Positions 53,600 to 64,000 of a stretch of DNA of 64,000 bases are shown piece by piece. How positions within the stretch are numbered: the first letter of the stretch is position 1; the number at the start of each line of letters is the position of its first letter. Origin of the DNA: Octopus vulgaris (lineage: Eukaryota). The notes beneath the pieces are model-generated. The model ran no database searches, was not told the origin of the DNA, and worked only from the letters and a program-made list of their open reading frames with translations. The stretch spans positions 15,252,001 to 15,316,000 of the forward strand of contig OX597835.1 of the NCBI GenBank assembly GCA_951406725.2, given 5' to 3'. A program made the translations under genes and the position numbers.

Positions 53600-53984
53600 G
53601 GTGGAGGCGCAATGGCCCAGTGGTCAGGGCAGAGGACTCGCGGTCGTAGGATCGCGGTTTCGATTCCCAGACCGGGCGTTGTGAGTGTTTATTGAGCAAA
53701 AACACCTAAAAGCTCCACGAGGCTCCGGCAGGGATGGTGGTGATCCCTGCTGTACTCTTTCACCACAACTTTCTCTCACTCTTACTTCCTGTTTCTGTTG
53801 TACTTGTATTTCAAAGGGCTGGCCTTGTCACTCTCTGTGTCACGCTGAATATCCCTGAGAACTACGTTAAGGGTACACGTGTCTGTGGAGTGCTCAGCCA
53901 CTTACACGTTAATTTCACGAGCAGGCTGTTCCGTTGATTCGGATCAACCGGAACCCTCGTCGTCGTAACCGACGGAGTGCTTCC
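53600..53984 (+). mobile_element. SINE family C, full length
   Basis: 12-bp TSD ATTCTAGGAATA (53588-53599 / 53985-53996); tRNA A and B boxes. Confidence 0.93.
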
Positions 53985-54002
53985 ATTCTAGGAATACAAT
54001 GA

Positions 54003-54515
54003 TCTATAATAATAGAAGCGAAATTCTGTCCGTCCGTCTGGGACCCCCGTATCTTAGTCTACATTTGCTCTCTACATAAACATATTATACCTTTTTGGAA
54101 TCAGAATGATCCTGGGAGTGAAAATCTGCCCATCATTTGATTCTTGAACATCCAACATTAGTATCAAATTTAAACGCATTTGGGCTGCTATTTCTAGCAG
54201 GTAAAGCTTGGCTGGTTCACGCCATCTTGGTTGGCGTTTGTCAGATGACGTCAGAGATCGATGGGCGGGTAAATGACATTTGCTTCGTTAATTTTACGTC
54301 GAGGTAAGAACTTTGGGACAAATTAGCCAACAATTGGAATTCGACTTAGGACTGGAACCATAGAATGATTGCATTGCAGAATTAATTCTCATCAGTCCTT
54401 AACCTCAGATCAAACACCACCGGGGCATATAGTCATTATAGACGTATTATAGTCATGCTATGTAGCTCCTTGTACTTTTGGGCCACAGGCTCAGTTAACC
54501 CTCCGCAGGAGCTAG
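54003..54515 (+). mobile_element. Possible non-autonomous Helitron
   Basis: A/TCTATAATAATAGAAG...CTGTCCGTCCGTCTG is a typical 5' end; candidate 3' hairpin CTCCGCAGGAG then CTAG, but it is not followed by T. Confidence 0.4.
54220..54309 (+). promoter_or_regulatory. Promoter-like motif cluster (YY1 CGCCATCTT, CRE TGACGTCA, GC box) followed by a splice donor GAG/GTAAGA
   Basis: Motifs at 54220, 54246, 54263 and 54304. Confidence 0.35.
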
Positions 54516-55343
54516 CTTTAAAAGTCCACACGGAGTGCGTCTTTTAAGTTAATATAGAAATGTATCTATAAAAAATCTGACATCTTTCCGTCGACTTATT
54601 ACGCTAATTACTAATTAAAGCTTAAAAGGCTATTCGTCATATATAATAAGGTGTCATAATTTAATGGAAAACTTAGCTTTACGCCTGTATATACCTAGAC
54701 CAGAGGGCAGCAAACTTACACCATTGACCTTTTCATAAAATCATCGCTGATTTATCGATTCCCATCATGTAAATTTCTAATATATAATTAAAAAGTATAA
54801 TCAATAAAAAAAACTTAATTTAAAAACAATAATTCCTTCGCTATTCGGTTTGATTACAACCTTTTGATAAAACGAAAAAATTTGTAAGCAATTTAATGAA
54901 AATTGCTTAACGAAAATTGATAAACAGAAATAAAAAAAATTCAGTCATATTATATTGATTTAAGTAGAATACTTAATGTTTATCGATCCCTTGGATAGTC
55001 ACGTGGACCTACGCGGGGTTCAATGTGGCTCGCTTTACGGACCCCTTGACCAAGACAACCAGGGAAATTATGACTGACTTTTGAACGTAGGGAAGAATTT
55101 GAAAACAGCTTCATCATTTGTTGAGGGATTTGTTAGGCCGGAAATGTCAACTAACTTCCGGCAAATTCTTTTTGACCGGATGGTAGCCATTACATTATAT
55201 TTTTCTTGTTTGAGTAAAAAACGATCAATGCTGATTTCATTGAATTTTAGTCTAATGTAGGAAAGAAATGATATTTAGATGAAAGTATACACTACCGTCA
55301 GAAATTAACTAGCACCCTTGATTTGCTCTTCACTCAAGGTATG

Positions 55344-55362
55344 TGCTGTCACCTAGTGGCCA
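55344..55362 (-). promoter_or_regulatory. CTCF-like site TGGCCACTAGGTGACAGCA
   Basis: Close to the CTCF core consensus, with one conserved G changed to A. Confidence 0.3.
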
Positions 55363-55761
55363 TATCTCGAACCATTGCTTTGTTGCGAGTTCACTGTTGC
55401 GCAGAACGATGACGTAACTTTGTTTGCAGAGCAGTTTGAGAGTCTACAGCCTTATGATGTTGACATAGCAGTGCAACAACAACTTGGAGTGCGGATGCAG
55501 ACAAATCTTCCTTTGTTTAATAGATATAGGTAGCGCCTCGCAAGGACCGAAATCACACCATACTAAGTTTTCTCATCGCGTAAGACGTTTTGAACAGCTC
55601 ATAAGGTTAATTGATTTAACCTATTTAATGTAGAAATTTGAGAAGTGCTAATTAATTTCTGACGCAAGTGTATTGTATTTTTCATTTCCATAGAGCCATT
55701 TTTATTATCAGTTCTATTTGCTTTATGATTTCAATCAAAAATACCATATGAGGTCTGTTTG

Positions 55762-55797
<36 letters not shown>

Positions 55798-56898
55798 CTC
55801 TCTCTCTCTTTATTTTTATCTATGCTACATCCTTTGCGTGTCCTCTGCATCATATGTGATCCACAGAACGTTAACCTCACACGTTTCTGCGTCACGTTTG
55901 ATGCACATTCCAGTATTTCGTAACGGCAATATATTTTTTATGCTGTTTGCAATATTATTGTGTTTCTCTATCAGAACGTATAATTTATACAGTAATATTT
56001 ATACTGCAATCGTAAATATCTGTGCATCCTTAGTCATGCACAAAGAATATGACAGAAATTTAACGTGATTCAAATTCTGAATTAAAAAATACTGTACTTT
56101 TTTTATTCATTCACTAAATAAATCAACTTTTCTATAAATATAAGGTAAAAAGTAATCATTCATATTGTGAAATATGATAACAGTTTATCTAAACACAAAA
56201 AATATTATACTAATTAGAAAATATTTTTCAAAATATGAGATTGAACTTAGTTTTAATAATGAAAAAAAAAATACGAACCTTATTAGGAGTGTCGAAACTA
56301 AAGATAACCTTTGAAAAAATATTCATGCAAAAAAATAATAATAATAAATAAAAGAGATAAATCTGTGAATGAACCATGTTGTAATACATTAAGTGTAATA
56401 ACAACCACTGCAAAGGTTGATATCAAAAAAAAAAAACCCAGCGAAAGATAACTCTTGTGAATATACATCGTATAAACAAAGATGGAGAAAATATTTTATT
56501 TTGTTTTGCATTGGTAAGCAAAATGACTTTTTACATCCCACACATTAACTCAGCATTTTGCTTAGCTTTTGCTGTGGCTCGGCTGCTTACCATTTTTCTT
56601 ATTAATAGTCATGACATCTTCCCCCAGGGCAATTTTTCCACCACCTTCTCTTTTAATTGTCTTCTATTCACGTTCAATTCTCGCTGGTATTGGTAACATT
56701 GTGTTTCTTTGCATAATCTAACAATGATCTTCCTACAGATTGTGTGAATTGATGAACGGTGAATGGAGTTTCAAGAACATTTATTGAAAAGAAAACTCCC
56801 AACTATTCAATGCAGCGATGTTTTACATTCTATCTACACCACTTTATACTTTTGCTAACAGGACTACATGATATACATACATACGTACAGACAAACAG

Positions 56899-56932
<34 letters not shown>

Positions 56933-57055
56933 TAGAAGAAATGAGGTACTCAGAAAATCGGATGGTTTATATTTACAGATATTTATTTGTATATTACATT
57001 TTTTATATATATCATATCACTTAGATCATTAGCGCTTTCTCCCATTCTAGTGGGG

Positions 57056-57232
<177 letters not shown>

Positions 57233-57330
57233 TTGATATAGATATATATATGTGTGTGCTTCCGGTGCGAATGTTTTTTTTTTATTAAGGCGCCGTGATT
57301 TACAATCCTGTAAATAATAATAATGGTATT

Positions 57331-57598
57331 TTTATATAAGCTTAAAGCTTAGGGCGATCACCGTGCAATGACTAAGAAAAATAGTCTAACAAAGGGGCAT
57401 ATAAGCCCTCGACAGAAAAAGAAGGCTTTCTTATCCGCGTGGGAGATGAACCCACATCCCTTTGTTAATGCAACAAAGTGTGTTACATTTACCTTCCCAC
57501 GCGGATAGGAAGGCCTTCTTTTTTCTTATATTCCCCTTTATTAGACTATTTTCCTTAATCATTGCAAGGTGATCGCCATAAGTTTTAAGCTATATATA

Positions 57599-57600
<2 letters not shown>
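57331..57600. repeat. Imperfect foldback (~110-bp arms) with a tRNA-like loop, adjacent to (TA)n
   Basis: GGCGATCACCGTGCAATGA vs TCATTGCAAGGTGATCGCC; TATCCGCGTGGGA vs TCCCACGCGGATA; minus-strand loop contains GTGGGTTCATCTCCCAC. Confidence 0.85.
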
Positions 57601-57692
<92 letters not shown>

Positions 57693-57935
57693 AGAAAAAA
57701 TAACTTCATAAGGAGCAATTCAAACTTTTAGAGAGGATCCAGAAAAGAAATATAAAAATAATTTGCAATAAAAAAAATTCGTCATATTCATAAAAATCAG
57801 CCAGAGCAAGTATTAAGAATATGAAAATAACAATTGGAAAAATTCGTTATAAGTATAAAGATACCATAAACAAGTATAAAAATGGAGAAAATATGTTGAA
57901 ATCAAAATTGAATTCAATACATACGCACGTTTCAA

Positions 57936-58497
57936 AAACACACCAGTACCGGTTGTCAATGGATGGGTGACGGGCAAACACGGATTGGATTGGATTGGAT
58001 TGGATTGCCTATGTTGAATCCGCTGCAGAACGAAGGCTTCGGCATGTGTGTGCGTGAGAGTGTGTGTAAGATTGCGTGTATGTGTGTATGAGTGTGTGTG
58101 TTTGTGCGTATGTGTGAGAGTGTGTGTGTGTATGTGTATGACTATGTGTATTTATGGTATTTTTATACCTATAACGAATTTTATATATATATGTGTTTGT
58201 GTGTGTGTAATAGCATAGTATATAAGTACCAGTTGAGCACTGGGTTTGATGTAATCAACTTAGGTAAGAGTATCCAACTGTTGCACCTCTCTGCCAAGCT
58301 ATGTCGAGCCAGTGTGGCAGAGTAAGCTCATCAAACCAGTTTGATCTCACGTTCAATTTCACCGCCTCCGCATCAAACCGTTGTTGTTGGAGAGAACATG
58401 CTGAGGCCTTCGTTTTGCAGCGGACTGAACATAGGTAATCCAAACCAATCCGTGTCTGCCCCTCAGCCATCGATTGACAACCGGTGCTGGTGTGTTT
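57936..58497. repeat. Inverted duplication (57936-58047 / 58396-58497) spanning a SINE A piece plus adjacent sequence
   Basis: TCCGCTGCAGAACGAAGGC vs GCCTTCGTTTTGCAGCGGA; AAACACACCAGTACCGGTTGTCAAT vs ATTGACAACCGGTGCTGGTGTGTTT. Confidence 0.85.
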
Positions 58498-58660
58498 ACG
58501 TCCCCGCATTCTAGCGGCTCAGCATAAAGAGACCGATAGAATAAGTACCAGTTTCTAAAAACGATAAGTAGTGGAGTCGATATATTCGACTAAAATTCTT
58601 CAAGGCGGTGCCCCAGCATGGCCGCAGTCTAATGACTGAAACACGTCAAAGATAAAAGAT
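58450..58660 (+). mobile_element. SINE A 3' half
   Basis: AGAGACCGATAGAATAAGTAC...CCAGCATGGCCGCAGTCTAATGACTGAAAC. Confidence 0.8.
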
Positions 58661-58708
58661 AATTTGTGTGTATGTGTCTGTGTGTGTGAGTGTGTGTGTG
58701 TGTGTGTA

Positions 58709-58758
<50 letters not shown>

Positions 58759-60149
58759 TGTGTGTGCGTGAGTGTGTGTGTAATATGATATCATTTTATT
58801 TAATAGATCATTTCCACTCTGTGCTCGGTTATAAGTTAGTCGGACAAATTTTTTTGATACCACATTGCCTTGATATGCTCTTTTAGTAAATTTCTTCATA
58901 CCATTTCCATGAAAACTTGATACAAACCATGAAGACGCCTTTTCTATCCTAAAATTCCATTATTCCTTATTTATTTCCCCCTCTTTCAGTTCTGCAGATG
59001 CTTTACACACATACATTCGGTTCCTTGCTTCTATTTTGCTTCACATCGCCACAGTAATTTGTATTTTTATTATTCAAATAAGTTTCTAACTCAATGCAGC
59101 TATATTAGTTGTCAGCTTCCAAAATTCTTCCCTCATTTAGCAGCAATTCTTTTGCCATTTCGACAACTACTGTGCCAAAATCATTCAAATCAGGTAATTT
59201 ATTTTCCATAACAACTGTGAGACATTCCAACAGCATCCGTTCGTCTTACATAGCTTAAACAGTTATACTACGTATTCATATTTGTGAGCTTTTCCCGGAT
59301 TATATTTGTCTGAGCGATAGCCTGCTGCCTCAATATAAAATCATAACTTAGTTAACAGATATCGTCTTCTAGAATAAAAATTTCCTAAATTTTTGAAAGA
59401 AGCAAGTTTACGATGTTTGATATTTCACGTAATGTTATTTATCCGTTTCAGTTGTTTATTGTTTGAGTCATACAAGTTCTTTTTAAGAGTAATAGAGGAA
59501 AAAAAATCTATTGTAACTCCATTCGATGTTATAAAATGAAGGCTAATAAGACAATTTGTTTCCCAGCAAAATCTTTATTTCATTAATTCCGTCAACTGCC
59601 TTTCATTCTTTAACAACAAAACTCATTCGTTTTGTAAAATAAATCTCGTATTTTTTTTATAATTCGACAGTTCAAAGTATTCGTTCTCCCAGACGTTCAT
59701 TTCTCCAATAATAACTCCAACAAAATTATTGAAAACAAAAAAAGAAAAGAAAAATATAATTTTAAAAAAGCTCTCCTAAATCTTCTTAAACTTTAAAAAT
59801 TTCAGTACAATATGCAAACTAAAAAAATATATGCATATACACAGATGAGAACTAAATAATTGGAGAAGATCGCTTGTATAAAATATGAAATTCAAAATAA
59901 AAATTTGAAAACAAAAATAAAACTATAATTTGACAATAGTCATCGTAACTTTAATTTTAACATTACTGAACAGAAAGATAGAGAAGGAGAGAAAGAGATA
60001 GAAGGGGAGTGAAAGAGAGAGACAGACAGACAGAGAAACAGAGATAGAGAACAAATTATTGGGTAGTTAATACAGAAAATAAAATAAAGCGTTGCTTCAA
60101 CGTCTGCTAATTTTCTTTGTATGTGCTTTGCAGAGAACAAAATTTTGCC

Positions 60150-60220
60150 CTTCACCTGTTTTCCTTTTCTATATTTTTCTATGGCTTCACCTGTTTTCCT
60201 TTTCTATATTTTTCTATGGC
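60150..60220. repeat. Exact 35-bp tandem duplication
   Basis: CTTCACCTGTTTTCCTTTTCTATATTTTTCTATGG occurs twice. Confidence 0.9.
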
Positions 60221-60235
60221 AATTTTTATTTAATT

Positions 60236-60810
60236 TAATTACCCTGCGCGCGTAAGCGAAAGCTGGGTATTGTAATCACTCGTCTTTGTCTGTTTGTCTG
60301 TGTGTTTGCAAAATTACTGGCAGAAATACTCCTTGGGTGAGTGGCTCAAAAGGATGAACATTTGGTTTGGTTATCTTTGAAGAAAAAAAACTTTTTTAAG
60401 TCGAACTTACAAATTTCCCGATAAGCAAGTGGTCATATTATTTTGTTCACTTTCTTTTTCATATGAATCTACCCTCGTCTGCGTGTGTACACGTGTGTAC
60501 CTATGCGCGTAGACACGTGTGCGTACATACATACATATGCGAATGTGTGTGTGTGTATATATGTGTGTATGTATGTGTTTGCGTGTGTGTACAGTGATGA
60601 ATTCGAGGGTTTCGTTTATTTACGAGTTGATTTCTTGATTTCACAGGTGTAAAATACCTATAATAGTGATACTTAAAAAAAACAACTTAATTCACTTCAA
60701 TTAAAAAGCATGTGTAAACAACGCACTCTAAGCCACACTATAATTTGCGAAAAAAATTACCTGCTCGCAGGGTATGCATCGCCCCTCCGATGCCCCCCCC
60801 CCCCCCATTT
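60236..60810 (+). mobile_element. Helentron-associated non-autonomous element (HINE / DINE-1-like)
   Basis: 5' subTIR TACCCTGCG (60240) with nearby IR GCTGGGTA, (GTCT/GTTT) microsatellite, 3' subTIR CGCAGGGTA (60766), hairpin GCATCG-CCCCTC-CGATGC, T-rich flanks. Confidence 0.75.
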
Positions 60811-60902
60811 ATTTATTTATTTATCTGTTTTCTGGTAGAGATTACTAATTGGCAAAAGGATCAAGAAAGATTTTGAGATAAGCCATTCGCTTTGTATATC
60901 GT

Positions 60903-61320
60903 ACTCTTTTAACTCTTTTACTCTTTTACTTGTTTCAGTCATTTGACTGCGGCCATGCTGGAGCACCGCCTTTTAATCGAGCAACTCGACCCCGGGACTT
61001 ATTCTTTTTTTTGTAAGCCCAGTACTTATTCTATCGGTCTCTTTTGCCGAACCGCTAAGTGACGGGGACATAAACACACCAGCATCGGTTGTCAAGCAAT
61101 GCCAGGGGGACAAACACAGACACACAAACAAACACACATACATATATATACATATATACGACAGGCTTCTTTCAGTTTCCGTCTACCAAATCCACTCACA
61201 AGGCATTGGTCGGCCCGGGGCTATAGCAGAAAACACTTGCCCAAGATGCCACGCAGTGGGACTGAACCCTGAACCATGTGGTTGGTTAGCAAGCTACTTA
61301 CCACACACCACTCCTGCGCC
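60903..61320 (-). mobile_element. SINE family A, full length
   Basis: Near-identical to the reverse complement of 431-835. Confidence 0.9.
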
Positions 61321-62282
61321 TATTTACTCTGTAAATAAGAACATTTACCGATTTGGTCGGTGTTGCAGTTTTTCACGGATTCACTGTACCAAATAATAGC
61401 TTCTTTGTAAATATTGAGGCAGCCTCTAAACAACGTGGATTTTATAGTGAATGCAACGTGTAATAATGTAGACATTGTGTTGAAACTAATTTAGCTTTAT
61501 TATCAATGGTCATATTTTTATGATCTCCCGTGATCTCTGTCTTCAGTTCGTAGCAGCTTTCGTTTATGGCTGCTTTCGAAATTTACTTTAAAGACGTTGT
61601 TTATAATTCTCTTAATCCACATTCATAAACTCTGCATCGCTCATTCGATGATGTCGCTTTTTCAATTTAGTTTCTAAATCAAATAAATGTGACATTGGTG
61701 ATACAGAAGGTCCAAGTTGAATAGATTTCTCTGCAGCATAATTGAACCGAGATAACGCAGCAACAAATGCACAAGCGTTATACTAATTACGCGCCATTGT
61801 TCTAAACCCCCTTCTCTTGTTCATTTTTGTTGTATAAAATTAGTTTCATGTCTCAAGCAAAAATATTTCTTTTCAATCTTGCCTCTCTTTCTTCAATGGA
61901 GGAGTTATTCCATTGTTTCTGTTGCCTTTCAAAATAACCATTTGTTCAGTTTCGTTTCATCTCGCATCAGTCTCTTTTAGTTCTCTTAAGAACATCAGAT
62001 CTTACAAATAAGTTGAGGACTTCGACTTCATACCTATGGAAGCGTTCATTATAGCCTTTCACCTATATTGTTCCTTCATTCATCTCCCCCTCTTTCTCTC
62101 TCTCTATCTCCATGTATCTCCCTCTCTTTCTCTTGCCTCTCTCTACCTTCATCTTTTCTTTAAATTTTTTTATCTCATCCATTATTCCATTCTCATCCCA
62201 TTTACTCTGCTCTTTTCCCTTTTGACTGTTTCATCTCCTCATCCGCTCATTTATCACCCCCTCTTCTCTTCCTCTCTCTCTC

Positions 62283-62320
<38 letters not shown>

Positions 62321-62512
62321 TAATCACAGAGACTTGATCGTTTCATTTTCTCGTTTTTCTCTTTCTTGTTATGAACCCCGTCTTATAAACCCTGTACTCT
62401 TTCCTAAAAACTATTATACTTGGTTTTAAATTTTGGGGGTAAGCCTTTATAACATAAAGCATTTATGACACTCGCATGCATTTATATTCCTTTCTGTATT
62501 ATTGTCAGTATA

Positions 62513-62897
62513 TTTGGAGGCGCAATGGCCCAGTGGTTAGGGCAGCGGACTCGCTGTCATAGGATCGCGGTTTCGATTCCCAGACCGGGCGTTGTGAGTG
62601 TTTATTGAGCGAAAACACCTAAAAGCTCCAAGAGGCTCCGGCAGGGGATGGTGGTGATCCCTGCTGTACTCTTTCACCACAACTTTCTCTTACTTCCTGT
62701 TTCTGTTGTACCTGTATTTCAAAGGGCCGGCCTTGTCACTCTCTGTGTCACGCTGAATTTCCCCGAGAACTACGTTAAGGGTGCACGTGTCTGTGGAGTG
62801 CTCAGCCACTTACATGTTAATTTCACGAGCAGGATGTTCCGTTGATTCGGATCAACCGGAACCCTCATCGTCGTAACCGACGGAGTGCTTCCATTCC
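62513..62897 (+). mobile_element. SINE family C, full length
   Basis: 12-bp TSD ATTGTCAGTATA (62501-62512 / 62898-62909). Confidence 0.93.
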
Positions 62898-62939
62898 ATT
62901 GTCAGTATAGTACAGTCTGTAATGTAATTTCAATGTTTT

Positions 62940-63150
62940 TCACGTGGCTTAGTGGTTAGGGTGTTACCTTCATGATCGTAAAATTGTGATTTCGATTCCT
63001 GGACCGGGCGACGCGTTGTGTTCTTCAGCAAAACCCTTCAGTTCACGTCGCTCCAATCCTCGAAGGGCTGGTGTCCCATCCAGGTAGGGGAAATATATAC
63101 ACCAGAAAAACTAGGAAACAGGCCCTCTGAGTTGTTATGACTCGGGGAAG
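62940..63150 (+). mobile_element. Diverged SINE family D
   Basis: GTGGCTTAGTGGTTAGGG...TTTCGATTCCTGGACCGGGCG...CAGCAAAAC. Confidence 0.7.
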
Positions 63151-63256
63151 GAAATTAACTACTATATTGGGTACAGGCCTTCGTAAATATACTAGAAATA
63201 TTCTAGAAATCTAGAAATCGGCCGCAGAAACCCGCGATATACTGAGGAATCAGTTT

Positions 63257-64000
63257 CTTATTTCTTTATTGCCCACAAGGGGCTAAACATAGATGGGTCA
63301 AAGAAGGACAGACACAGGGATTAAGTCGATTACATCGACCCCAGTGCATAAATGATACTTCTTTCAGTTTCTGTCTACCAAATCCACTCACAGTGCGTAA
63401 CGGTACTTAATTTATCGACCCCGAAAGGATGAAAGGCAAAGTCGACCTCGGCGAAATTTGAACTCAGAACGTAACGGCAGATGAAATACCTATTTCTTTA
63501 CTACCCACAAGGGGCTAAACACAGAGAGGACAAACAAGGACAGACAAACGGATTAAGTCGATTAGATCGACCCCAATGCATAACTAGTACTTAATTTATC
63601 GACCCCGAAAGGATGAAAGGCAAAGTCGACCTCGGCGGAATTTGAACTCAGAACGTAGCGGTAGACGAAATACCTATTTCTTTACTACCCACAAGGGGCT
63701 ACACGCAGAGAGGACAGACAAGGACAGACAAACGGATTAAGTCGATTACATCGACCCCAGTGCGTAACTGGTACTTATTTAATCGACTCCGAAAGGATGA
63801 AAGGCAAAGTCGACCTCGGCAGAATTTGAACTCGGAACGTAGTGGCAGACGAAATACTGCTTAGCATTTCGCCCAGCGTGCTAATGTTTCTTATTTCTTT
63901 ATTGCCCACAAGGGGCTAAACATAGAGTGGACAAACAAGGACAGACTAAGGGGTTAAGTCGATTACATCGACCCCAGTGCGTTACTGGTGCTTATTTAAT
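63257..64000 (-). mobile_element. SINE B multimer (at least 4 bodies, runs off the window)
   Basis: ~185-bp unit repeated; junctions at GAAATACC (63490, 63674) and GTTTC (about 63890). Confidence 0.9.

Noticed and set aside
53602-53680. tRNA-like sequences (also at 431, 9170, 62516, 48601)
   Set aside because: They are SINE heads continuing into SINE bodies, or too degenerate; no free-standing tRNA gene is supported.
54700-55065. Possible hAT-type MITE (CAGAGGGCAGCAAACTT...GGACCCC), partly similar to 53465-53525
   Set aside because: The right TIR and 8-bp TSD are not discernible.

Overview
AT-rich, repeat-saturated eukaryotic genomic DNA, most likely an octopus (coleoid cephalopod). This assignment is inferred from the SINE families and the extreme microsatellite load, not from a database search. 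Almost all ORFs in the supplied track are translations of microsatellites or SINEs. Supported content: (1) dozens of copies of three or four tRNA-derived SINE families, several nested or tandemly multimerised; (2) a full-length but dead D,D34D mariner (44483-45755) next to a deleted Tc1/mariner-type element; (3) CR1- and RTE-clade LINE fragments, a candidate solo LTR, two piggyBac-type MITEs, a Helentron-type non-autonomous element and a possible Helitron; (4) up to three candidate minus-strand coding exons of an unidentified gene (41055-40941, 33498-33284, 30644-30446). The most interesting signal is a set of short inserts in or beside (TA)n tracts. Some carry hammerhead-ribozyme motifs: a canonical one at about 19430-19519 (minus), a U3-A8 covariant one at 49332-49373 (plus) and a degenerate one at 34877-34914 (minus). 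Others form long foldbacks. Together they suggest Penelope-like or retrozyme-type elements targeting TA repeats.
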